Shown here: positions 8,553 to 19,192 of the stretch, one piece after another
How the letters are laid out: every line of letters starts with the position of its first letter
Numbering within the stretch: the stretch's first letter is position 1
From: a plasmid
Assembly: GCF_056712565.1 (NCBI RefSeq)
Contig: NZ_JBWXXM010000004.1
Length of the DNA: 64,000 bases
Direction: 5' to 3' (one strand)
Notes under the pieces: generated by a model
What the model was told of the DNA's origin: nothing
What the model saw: only the letters and a program-made list of their open reading frames with translations
The model's database searches: none
Made by a program: the position numbers and the translations under genes

Positions 8553-10813
8553 AAGAGCTGTGCTATGGATCTGTTTGCAGTGGAATTGAAGCCGCGAGTA
8601 TTGCCTGGGAACCGTTGGGTATGCGTCCGGCGTGGTTTGCTGAAATCGAGCCTTTTCCATCTGCCGTTCTTGCGCACCGCTGGCCCCATGTCGCCAACCT
8701 TGGCGACATGACAAAACTTGCCAAAAAAGTCCTGGCTGGGGAAATCGAATCCCCTGATGTGCTCGTCGGGGGTACGCCTTGTCAGGCATTCAGTATCGCG
8801 GGCTTACGTGGTGGGCTTGATGATGAACGCGGCGCGCTAACTTTGAAGTATGTGGAGCTTGCAAATGCAATTGACGACAAACGGTCTGAGTCCTTCCTCA
8901 AACCGACAGTTATCGTCTGGGAAAATGTCCCAGGAGTCCTGTCATCGGCAGATAACGCCTTCGGATGTTTCCTTGCCGGATTGGCTGGAGAAGATGCGCC
9001 ATTTGAACCAGGTGATCGACCTGAATCAGGAAAAAGTAACGCGTTCTGGCGGTGGGATGGCAAAACCGGTTGCCATGCTCCAAAGTGGCCGCAGTGTGGT
9101 TGTATTTATGGACCGCAGCGAAAGGTGGCCTGGAGAATCCTTGATGCCCAATACTTCGGAGTGGCACAACGACGCCGACGCGTGTTTGTTGTCGCAAGTG
9201 CTCGAACAGACCTCGATCCCGCAACGGTACTTTTTGAGTTCGAAGGCGTGCGCCGGGATATTGCGCCGAGCCGAAAAAAGAAGGAAATCGCTTCCGCCAT
9301 TATTGCAAATGGCGCTGCAATCAGTGGCGAAAGCCTAAATCCATGTCTACACGCTGACATTCCACCCGGTATGAAATCGACGAAAGCCGTAAACGCTTTC
9401 AGGATGGCAGCATTTGGGGAATATATTGACGATGAAACCGCATCGACAGTAAAGGCAAGAGATTTTAAAGATGCCACTGACCTTGCCGTTTTTAGCAGCA
9501 CAGGAGCAGGTTTTTGGTCAGAAGGGCATGGTACATTGCGGGCACGTGAGCAAGAAAGCCATGAGCATCTTGTTACATTGGCTTTTCCTGAGCGTATGAG
9601 CGGTACACAACATGCTGCAACTAAGAATACTTCACCATCTCTAATGGCTAAAAATCCAACAGCTGTTTGCTATGAAGTAAGAAACGCAGAAGTAGCTGTC
9701 CGCCGTCTTACCCCTGTCGAATGTGAAAGGCTGCAAGGTTTTCCTGATGGGCATACGTTGATCCCGACGGAAAAGCGTAAAAAAGTTAATTCAGATGAAC
9801 TGGCATATCTTCGCAATCACTATCCAGATTTAAGCGAAGAAGAGGCCGCGATGCTTGCAGCTGACGGACCGCGTTACAAAGCGATCGGCAATAGTATGGC
9901 AATACCAGTAATGCGCTGGATTGGCGATCGGATTACTAAGGCCGTATGTCGGCAGAAAGAAGGAAGTGAAACAAAAGAGCGAAAAGTTAAACCAGCGGCA
10001 GAATTCGAACGGTCCATATTCAAATGGGCTGGTGGAAAATTTGGTGTTCTGGAACAAATCTTTCGCTATTTGCCAGAAGGGAAGCGCCTGATTGAACCTT
10101 TCGTTGGTGGCGGAGCTGTCTTCATGAATGCCGGATACCAGGAAAATCTGCTAAATGATGTGAATGCTGACCTGATTAACTTTTACAAGACTCTGCAACG
10201 CGAGGCGCATTCACTTATCACTCTGGCACATCGTTTCTTCCAGGACTATAACACACAGGAAGGATACCTGGCAGTACGGAATGCGTTTAACAAACAAGTC
10301 TATGATGATTTACATCGCGCAGCGGCGTTTTTGTTCCTGAACCGACATTGTTTTAACGGATTGACGCGTTACAACCAGGCCGGTGAGTTCAATGTCGGTT
10401 ATGGGAAGTATAAAACTCCGTATTTCCCATTACAGGAGATGGAAGCCTTCCTCGGTGCGGAAGGGCGGTCTGAGTTTGTATGCGGTGATTTTGCAGCGGT
10501 GATTGAAGCTGCCGGAGAAGGAGATGTCATCTTTTGCGATCCGCCGTATGAACCGCTTCCAAATACAGAGGGATTCACGAACTATTCCGGTCATGACTTT
10601 AAGTTTGAAGAGCAAAAACGCCTGGTGTCTCTGTTGACGGATGCTCATCGTCGAGGTGCAAAGGTTCTCATTACTAACAGTGGCGCGCCAAATATCAGAG
10701 AGCTTTATCATGACAGTGGCTTCAGAGTGGAACCTCTTTTTGCCAGACGTTCTGTGTCTTGTAAGGGGGACACTCGAGGTGTAGCTCATGACGTTTTAGG
10801 TATATTGCTCTAA
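8549..10813 (+). CDS. dmt: Bifunctional DNA methyltransferase (N-terminal C5-cytosine MTase fused to a C-terminal Dam-like N6-adenine MTase)
   Basis: 754 aa. C5 motifs: [22 protein letters not shown] and the QGFP/GNS region. Dam motifs: FKWAGGK and DPPY. Confidence 0.9.
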   Translation: MKELCYGSVCSGIEAASIAWEPLGMRPAWFAEIEPFPSAVLAHRWPHVANLGDMTKLAKKVLAGEIESPDVLVGGTPCQAFSIAGLRGGLDDERGALTLKYVELANAIDDKRSESFLKPTVIVWENVPGVLSSADNAFGCFLAGLAGEDAPFEPGDRPESGKSNAFWRWDGKTGCHAPKWPQCGCIYGPQRKVAWRILDAQYFGVAQRRRRVFVVASARTDLDPATVLFEFEGVRRDIAPSRKKKEIASAIIANGAAISGESLNPCLHADIPPGMKSTKAVNAFRMAAFGEYIDDETASTVKARDFKDATDLAVFSSTGAGFWSEGHGTLRAREQESHEHLVTLAFPERMSGTQHAATKNTSPSLMAKNPTAVCYEVRNAEVAVRRLTPVECERLQGFPDGHTLIPTEKRKKVNSDELAYLRNHYPDLSEEEAAMLAADGPRYKAIGNSMAIPVMRWIGDRITKAVCRQKEGSETKERKVKPAAEFERSIFKWAGGKFGVLEQIFRYLPEGKRLIEPFVGGGAVFMNAGYQENLLNDVNADLINFYKTLQREAHSLITLAHRFFQDYNTQEGYLAVRNAFNKQVYDDLHRAAAFLFLNRHCFNGLTRYNQAGEFNVGYGKYKTPYFPLQEMEAFLGAEGRSEFVCGDFAAVIEAAGEGDVIFCDPPYEPLPNTEGFTNYSGHDFKFEEQKRLVSLLTDAHRRGAKVLITNSGAPNIRELYHDSGFRVEPLFARRSVSCKGDTRGVAHDVLGILL

Positions 10814-10833
10814 TAAATTTATTAGTGTAATAT
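10804..10833 (+). promoter_or_regulatory. Bipartite C1 operator overlapping a sigma70-like promoter (Op72/Pban-like)
   Basis: ATTGCTCTAATAAATTT overlaps an inverted copy AAATTTATTAGTGTAAT. TTGCTC (-35) and TAATAT (-10) are spaced about 16 nt apart. Confidence 0.7.
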
Positions 10834-10994
10834 CGCCTCAATGAATCGTGATTTATAGAGCGATTTAGCTGTTAGCCGCGACAGGCGCGGCGGTAAGCAT
10901 GGCTGGGCCTAGCCCTCCCAGACAAACCACCGAGTTGCCAGGTTGACCATGCGCCTAAGTGGCAACGCCGAAGTGCGTTACGAGCTTCCAGTTT

Positions 10995-11020
10995 GCCCAT
11001 CTTCGGGTGGGCGTTTTTTT
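10995..11020 (+). terminator. Intrinsic terminator with UUCG tetraloop
   Basis: GCCCATC-TTCG-GGTGGGC followed by G and T7. Confidence 0.8.
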
Positions 11021-11200
11021 CAGGGTTTTCGTCATGGTTAGCGACTTTGCGGCGGTTTAGAAACTGACCATTAAAGTAAATGCAAACGATGATCTGATGA
11101 TGGTAGCGGCCTAAGAAGCCAGATGCCACGGGGTATGAGTCGTCCCCCGTCAAAAAATCGACCGCAGAGTGTCCCCGTCTGTGTATTAGGGAACGGGGAG

Positions 11201-11282
11201 GCACAACAGGTAAGGGCGCTGGTGTGATTAACCAGATGAACGAGAAGGGGCCATCTGTTGGTCAGCGTCCTTTCCTGTTGCG
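11201..11282 (+). ncRNA. Long-stem structured element A (candidate ncRNA or processing hairpin)
   Basis: The 5' arm GCACAACAGGTAAGGGCGCT pairs with the 3' arm AGCGTCCTTTCCTGTTGCG (17 of 19 pairs, including G.U). The 43-nt apical region contains its own hairpin. Confidence 0.5.
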
Positions 11283-11485
11283 TTTTCTTTTCAGCGTAAC
11301 AGCGGTGCTTAACAGCACTTTGGGTACAGTTCCACGAATTTACGGGTATATCCCGTCATGCTGAAGGCGCTAATCACGCTGGAAGCCAGGGTTGTGCATC
11401 CCCTGTTACCGAATTGCAGCCAGGGCGCGGTGCGCCGAAAAGCATACGGAGGTGGAAGCCCTCGCCGGAGACGTACCCGGCAAGT

Positions 11486-11560
11486 GATGGTGTAGCTCAG
11501 CGGTAGAGCAGTTGGCTGTTAACCAACTGGTCGGTGGTTCGAATCCATCCACCATCGCCA
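11486..11560 (+). tRNA. tRNA-Asn (GUU), CCA encoded
   Basis: Hand-folded cloverleaf: acceptor GATGGTG/CACCATC, anticodon loop CTGTTAA, T-loop TTCGAAT. Confidence 0.9.
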
Positions 11561-11562
11561 AT

Positions 11563-11638
11563 GCCGGTTTAGCTCAGTTGGTAGAGCGCCTGCCTTGTAA
11601 GCAGGATGTCAGCGGTTCGAGTCCGTTAACCGGCACCA
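11563..11638 (+). tRNA. tRNA-Thr (UGU), CCA encoded
   Basis: Acceptor GCCGGTT/AACCGGC, anticodon loop CTTGTAA, T-loop TTCGAGT. It starts 2 nt after tRNA-Asn. Confidence 0.9.
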
Positions 11639-11749
11639 ACACAACAGGTAAGGGTATTTTGCGACGTCGGAGATCGCCGTGCTTGGCAGAGGGTTCGAAT
11701 CCCTACGAAGTACCCTTACCGTTGTGATGAATGCGCAGGCTGATGCGCG
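11637..11749 (+). ncRNA. Long-stem element B with an embedded tRNA-like core, followed by a short hairpin
   Basis: An outer stem of 16 bp with a bulged A (ACAACAGGTAAGGGTA/TACCCTTACCGTTGT) encloses GCGA-cgtcGGaga-TCGC (D-arm-like) and AGGG-TTCGAAT-CCCT (T-arm-like). A GCGCA-GGCTGA-TGCGC hairpin follows. Confidence 0.55.
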
Positions 11750-11854
11750 AAAGACATTGCAGCTATTGCGGAAAAGAGCTGTTCGGCGGGGCAATTAAAC
11801 GCCCGTGAGAGTCTGAAATAACCGCAAGCCGGAGATCAGCACCGGTCATCACAA

Positions 11855-11922
11855 CACAACAGGTAAGGGCATTCTCCCTTATGGGGCTTGGCTTAAATGC
11901 ATCGAGTGCTCTTACCGTTGTG
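11855..11922 (+). ncRNA. Long-stem structured element C
   Basis: CACAACAGGTAAGGGCATTC pairs with GAGTGCTCTTACCGTTGTG (with U.G and G.U wobbles). The apical region is 28 nt and contains a CCC-ttat-GGG hairpin. Confidence 0.5.
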
Positions 11923-12058
11923 ATGAAGTGCAGCTCTTTGAAGCAACCAGAAGATAAGCATCTGGCTTCACAACATAAACCGCAGGAACGACCAATAAAC
12001 GGTAGTCCGTATGGAGAACACCCCGTTGAGGAAGAGGCCTGGCCGGAACCGTAACCGG

Positions 12059-12177
12059 CACTACAACGTTGAGAACACTGGCGTAACGGGGTCATATCCC
12101 AATCTACGAATAAATGTTGCGTTGCAGCGTGACAACCAGTGTTCTCAACATTGTGGTGAATGCACAGGCTGATGTGC
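12059..12177 (+). ncRNA. Long-stem structured element D plus a short hairpin
   Basis: A 23-position stem (22 paired): CACTACAACGTTGAGAACACTGG with CCAGTGTTCTCAACATTGTGGTG. The apical module GTAACGGGGTCATATCCCAATCTAC is shared with E. A GCACA-GGCTGA-TGTGC hairpin follows. Confidence 0.6.
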
Positions 12178-12335
12178 CGCAACTACAGTAGTGCGCGCTT
12201 TGCGGGGCTTGCTACAACCCTGTGTCGGAGTTCAGCACCGACCATCACAGTTTGATTCTCTGGCATGAGCATAACGCTGAAATAAGTCCAGTCTGGTGCG
12301 GCCCGATCACCCGCCGTTAGCTCCACGAAACGGAG

Positions 12336-12435
12336 CACGTAACAGGTAAGAGCATTCTCCTGTAACGGGTTCATATCCCAATCTACAGGTCCACCAGGAA
12401 TGCTCTTTCCGTTGCGGTGAATGCGGCTAAGCGCA
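12336..12435 (+). ncRNA. Long-stem structured element E plus a short hairpin
   Basis: CACGTAACAGGTAAGAGCATTC pairs with GAATGCTCTTTCCGTTGCGGTG. The apical hairpin is CCTGTA-acGGGttcatatCCCaatc-TACAGG. Element E differs from D by five double compensatory stem changes. Confidence 0.6.
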
Positions 12436-12565
12436 CGCGGAACAGTAAAAACAATCCTCCTTAATGGTTAAACATTCCGGCGTTAATTGTTAACTGGTTA
12501 ACGTCACCGGGAGGCACTCGGCACCGCAATCTAATAAATATGTCACTTTTATTGAGGGATAACCA

Positions 12566-13000
12566 ATGTTCGGTAAATTGTTCGGCAAGAAAGTCGCTTC
12601 TGCAAAAGTAGAGCTGAAAAAAGTTGAGAATCGCGATCTGATGGAGGCCATCATCGGTGGCTGTTTGTTGGTGTCTGCCGCTGATGGTGAAATCGAAAAA
12701 GAAGAAACAGCGAAACTTGATCAGCTTGTCCGCTCTAATCCGCGTCTTAGTCATTTTGGTAACGAAATTACTGCAACAATTACCCGCTTTACCGAGCAAC
12801 TGGAAGCTGGCTTCCGTGTTGGTCGCATGAATATCCTTCGCGAAATTGAAGATATCAAAAACGATCCAAAAGAAGCGGAAGAAGTATTCGTTAACATGCT
12901 GACAATTGCAGAAGCGGACGGTGAAATCGAGCCAGCAGAACACAAAGTACTGGAAGAAGTAGGCCGTCGTTTAGGTCTTCGTGTGGAAGATTATCTGTAA
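12566..13000 (+). CDS. tciA: TerB-like (tellurite/colicin resistance family) protein
   Basis: 144 aa. Acidic repeats ..AADGEI(E/D)K/PxE.. are typical of TerB, and the position matches P1 tciA. Confidence 0.8.
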   Translation: MFGKLFGKKVASAKVELKKVENRDLMEAIIGGCLLVSAADGEIEKEETAKLDQLVRSNPRLSHFGNEITATITRFTEQLEAGFRVGRMNILREIEDIKNDPKEAEEVFVNMLTIAEADGEIEPAEHKVLEEVGRRLGLRVEDYL

Positions 13001-13164
13001 TGGCAAGCAAGGCACGTATCGCAATCGCCATTGGTTTTCTCTTGCTGTCCGTGCTGGTGGATTTCACCAGCACAATCCTGTCAGTTTTATCGGACGGGGC
13101 GTTGGTGGCAGTAGCTGTAACATTGGTATGGCCGATATTAAAAACAGCTTCTAAGGATCAGTGA
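13000..13164 (+). CDS. tciB: Small membrane protein (54 aa)
   Basis: TAATG-coupled to tciA and hydrophobic (IAIAIGFLLLSVLVDF..). Below the ORF-track cutoff, so translated by hand. Confidence 0.55.
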   Translation: MASKARIAIAIGFLLLSVLVDFTSTILSVLSDGALVAVAVTLVWPILKTASKDQ

Positions 13165-13271
13165 TGGGCTTCTGGGATTTTGCTGACAAGCATCCAATTG
13201 TTCTCGTTGTCATTGCTGGCATAGTTGTAGGCGGTATTGCTGGCGTCATAGAAGCACTCAGGAAACAGTAA
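13164..13271 (+). CDS. tciC: Small membrane protein (35 aa)
   Basis: GTGATG-coupled to the previous ORF, with a single TM segment (IVLVVIAGIVVGGIAGVI). Confidence 0.5.
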   Translation: MGFWDFADKHPIVLVVIAGIVVGGIAGVIEALRKQ

Positions 13272-13274
13272 TCC

Positions 13275-13350
13275 GGCCCTTTAGCTCAGTGGTTAGAGCT
13301 GGCGACTCATAATCGCACGGTCACCGGTTCAAGTCCGGTAGGGGCCACCA
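13275..13350 (+). tRNA. tRNA with CAU anticodon (Ile2/lysidine-type or Met), CCA encoded
   Basis: Acceptor GGCCCTT/AGGGGCC, loop CTCATAA, T-loop TTCAAGT. The P1 counterpart is annotated tRNA-Ile. Confidence 0.85.
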
Positions 13351-13636
13351 TATTTGGTTGTAACACGGCGTCTGGCACATGCGTCGTTAGCGGTCTGGTG
13401 ACGTTAAAAGGGGGGAACCTTGCCCCTAGCTCAGGCAACGAACCAGGTAGCCGGAATGTGCAAGCCACCGTTTGTTGTTTCTCGGGTAAAGGGATTCACC
13501 ATCCTGGCGATTCGGTGTGACAGCCGGGAAGAGTCCGGCGCATTAATCCTGATTTTCTGGTGATGACTCATATCGTTAGGAGTGATTTGAGTATGCCGAT
13601 TATATCTGACATTCAGCACGCCTGGGTGGAGTGCTA

Positions 13637-15001
13637 ATGTCTGCATCCCCTCTTGAATCCATGCCAAATTCCCTTAGTGCAGAACAAGCTGTACTTGGTG
13701 GCTTAATGCTTGATAACTGCCGCTGGGATGAAGTTGCAGATCGTATAGTTGCTGATGATTTTTATACCAGTGCTCATCGTGAAATTTTCAGTGAGATGGA
13801 GAGGTTATTAAGTCATGGCAAACCGATTGATTTGATAACACTTGCTGAAGCACTTGAACAGAACGGTAAATTAGAACGCGCCGGTGGTTTTGCGTACCTT
13901 GCGGAGATGTCAAAGAACACGCCCAGCGCGGCAAATATTTGTGCTTATGCGGATATCGTTCGTGAACGCGCGGTTGTTCGTGAAATGATTTCCGTCGCAA
14001 ATGAAATAGCCGAAGCTGGATATGCGCAGGATGGCAGGGGCAGCAATGAATTGCTGGATATGGCCGAGCGCCGCGTTTTTGAAATAGCTGAAAAACGACA
14101 AAAGAGCGGTAGTGGTCCAAAAGATATCGCCAGCATTCTCGATGCAACGGTATCTCGCATAGAAGAGTTGTTTCAGCGACCACATGATGGTGTAACGGGG
14201 CTTGATACGGGATTTACCGATCTCAATAAGAAGACGGCAGGGCTTCAGCCGTCCGATCTCATCATTGTCGCCGCCCGCCCATCTATGGGGAAGACCACGT
14301 TTGCGATGAATCTCGTCGAAAATGCCGCAGTCCGTAACTATAAGCCCGTATTGGTTTTTAGCCTTGAGATGCCGAGCCACCAGCTGATGATGCGCTCACT
14401 GGCTTCTCTTGCACGCGTTGATCAGACTCGTATTCGAACAGGGCAACTTAACGACGAGGATTGGGCGCGGGTTTCTGGCGCAATGGGGATTCTGTTGGAC
14501 AAGCAAAATATTTTTATTGATGACTCAAGCGCCCTGACACCTACAGAGCTTCGTTCCCGCGCTCGTCGTGTTTATAAAGAAAATGGTGGTTTGAGCATGA
14601 TTATGATCGACTACCTGCAACTTATGCGCGTCCCCGAGCTGCAAGATAACCGAACGCTGGAAATTGCCGAGATTTCTCGCTCACTGAAGGCTTTGGCGAA
14701 GGAATTACAAGTACCGGTGGTGGCATTGTCACAACTTAATCGATCGCTTGAACAGCGTGCGGACAAACGACCGGTAAATTCAGATTTACGTGAATCAGGA
14801 GCAATTGAGCAGGACGCAGACCTGATCATGTTTCTGTATCGCGACGAAGTTTATCACCCGGATAGCGAAATGAAGGGCATTGCCGAGGTGATTATCGGTA
14901 AGCAACGAAATGGCCCAATTGGCACGGTGAGATTGGCTTTTAACGGCCAATACTCACGGTTTGATAACTATGCTGGTGCTGACTGGCAAGAGGATTATTA
15001 A
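13637..15001 (+). CDS. ban: DnaB-family replicative helicase Ban
   Basis: Walker A ARPSMGKTTF, plus IDYLQLM and QLNRSLEQRADKRP motifs. ATG at 13637 follows GGTGGAG; the ORF track starts at a GTG at 13631. Confidence 0.92.
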   Translation: MSASPLESMPNSLSAEQAVLGGLMLDNCRWDEVADRIVADDFYTSAHREIFSEMERLLSHGKPIDLITLAEALEQNGKLERAGGFAYLAEMSKNTPSAANICAYADIVRERAVVREMISVANEIAEAGYAQDGRGSNELLDMAERRVFEIAEKRQKSGSGPKDIASILDATVSRIEELFQRPHDGVTGLDTGFTDLNKKTAGLQPSDLIIVAARPSMGKTTFAMNLVENAAVRNYKPVLVFSLEMPSHQLMMRSLASLARVDQTRIRTGQLNDEDWARVSGAMGILLDKQNIFIDDSSALTPTELRSRARRVYKENGGLSMIMIDYLQLMRVPELQDNRTLEIAEISRSLKALAKELQVPVVALSQLNRSLEQRADKRPVNSDLRESGAIEQDADLIMFLYRDEVYHPDSEMKGIAEVIIGKQRNGPIGTVRLAFNGQYSRFDNYAGADWQEDY

Positions 15002-15999
15002 TGCAATGGAATGAGGAAAAGCCGATGAACATCCTGATCATTGGGCGAAAATTTGAAGCTATCAGTGATGTGAAAACATATACGGAAATGTGGGCTTACA
15101 ACCTGGCCTGCGCCTTTAGTGAGGCTGGGGTAACATTGCAATACCATCGTCCATATTCCCCCGGCGTCGAAAGCCCGGAGGATTATGTTGAAGCTGTGTT
15201 GACTGCTGCGACCGCATGTTCTGCGAAGGCCATTTTGGCACCAGGATTGAGGTATTTTACTACGGTACCCAGGGAAATAGGCATGCAACTGTGTCGCCGA
15301 TTCTCTGGATGGGTAGCCCAGGTATATGACGGTTCTATGCTGGATTCGGCACCAGTCGATATTACTTTTACTGTCCGCGATGATACCTGGCGGTACCTGG
15401 ATAATCCCGGCAGGTTAGAGCGTCATAATCGCTTTAACAAACATGTTGGATGGGCAGCGAATCAGGAACTGTTCCATCTGGAAACCAAGACAGACGATGT
15501 TCTGCGTATTTTTGTAGACCACGCTGCATTTGATGTTAGTGGGTTTGATCACTCCTTAAGTATCCTTATGAACCTTCAGCGTCTGACCGTTCCGTATGAG
15601 GCCAGAACGTTGACCGATGACGGATTGGTTACCATTGATCCGGGGAATATTTCGGTAACTCCATACAGACGGACGCCGGTACCAGCAACCGAATTTGCAG
15701 CTGAATTGCGTAAGAGTGACGTGTTTATCGTTACGCATCCCGAAAGCCTTGGATTAACTGTACTTGAGGCGGCAATGTGCGGGGCGTTGGTATTAACGCC
15801 TCCCGATTGCCTTCCGCCAGATCGCCTGGCTTTGGTGAACCATATGGTTATCAAGTCGCGGATTGATTGGGATGAGGTTATTGCTCGCGTTGATCGCGTG
15901 AAAAATGCTGAAAAGGTCCAGTGTCACACCTGGTCGGCAATTGCGGAAAAGATGCTTGAGACGTTTGTCACGCAGAAACCGTCGCGCGGTAACGGATAA
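15001..15999 (+). CDS. dbn: GT-B glycosyltransferase-like protein downstream of ban
   Basis: C-terminal ESLGLTVLEAAMCGALVLTP resembles the GT1/GT4 E-x7-E region. The start is either TAATG-coupled at 15001 or an ATG at 15025 after GAGGAAAA. Confidence 0.7.
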   Translation: MQWNEEKPMNILIIGRKFEAISDVKTYTEMWAYNLACAFSEAGVTLQYHRPYSPGVESPEDYVEAVLTAATACSAKAILAPGLRYFTTVPREIGMQLCRRFSGWVAQVYDGSMLDSAPVDITFTVRDDTWRYLDNPGRLERHNRFNKHVGWAANQELFHLETKTDDVLRIFVDHAAFDVSGFDHSLSILMNLQRLTVPYEARTLTDDGLVTIDPGNISVTPYRRTPVPATEFAAELRKSDVFIVTHPESLGLTVLEAAMCGALVLTPPDCLPPDRLALVNHMVIKSRIDWDEVIARVDRVKNAEKVQCHTWSAIAEKMLETFVTQKPSRGNG

Positions 16000-16021
16000 A
16001 AAATTGAACCCGTCATAACAG

Positions 16022-16044
16022 AAAAGCCCGAACGCCGGGCTTTT
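16022..16044. terminator. Bidirectional terminator between convergent dbn and the baseplate operon
   Basis: AAAAGCCCG-AACGC-CGGGCTTTT with flanking A and T runs. Confidence 0.75.
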
Positions 16045-16045
16045 C

Positions 16046-19192
<3,147 letters not shown>

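Noticed and set aside
11637-11749. Calling element B a fourth genuine tRNA or a YrlA-type Y RNA
   Set aside because: It has no anticodon arm, discriminator base or CCA. The D-like arm precedes the T-like arm, whereas I would expect the permuted order in a YrlA-type mimic, and no Rsr/Ro gene is present. I therefore report it only as tRNA-like.
10872-12374. ORFs 10872-11204(-), 11512-11727(+), 11609-11794(-), 11763-12182(-) and 12183-12374(-) in the tRNA region
   Set aside because: They overlap tRNA genes or the long-stem elements and lack RBSs. Their translations are Cys/Arg/Gly-rich and implausible as protein. The region is better explained as RNA-coding.
11201-12435. Interpretation of the long inverted repeats as integron attC sites, a CRISPR array or a type III ToxI-like repeat
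   Set aside because: The elements lack the attC core sites (RYYYAAC / GTTRRRY), and no integron integrase is nearby. The repeats are neither identical nor regularly spaced, and no cas genes are present. No toxN-like gene follows them. The G.T pairs favour RNA folding on the plus strand.
12461-12943. 160-aa minus-strand ORF overlapping tciA
   Set aside because: It is antisense to the TerB-like gene, which has a good RBS and family motifs. The antisense translation is Phe/Cys-rich and implausible.
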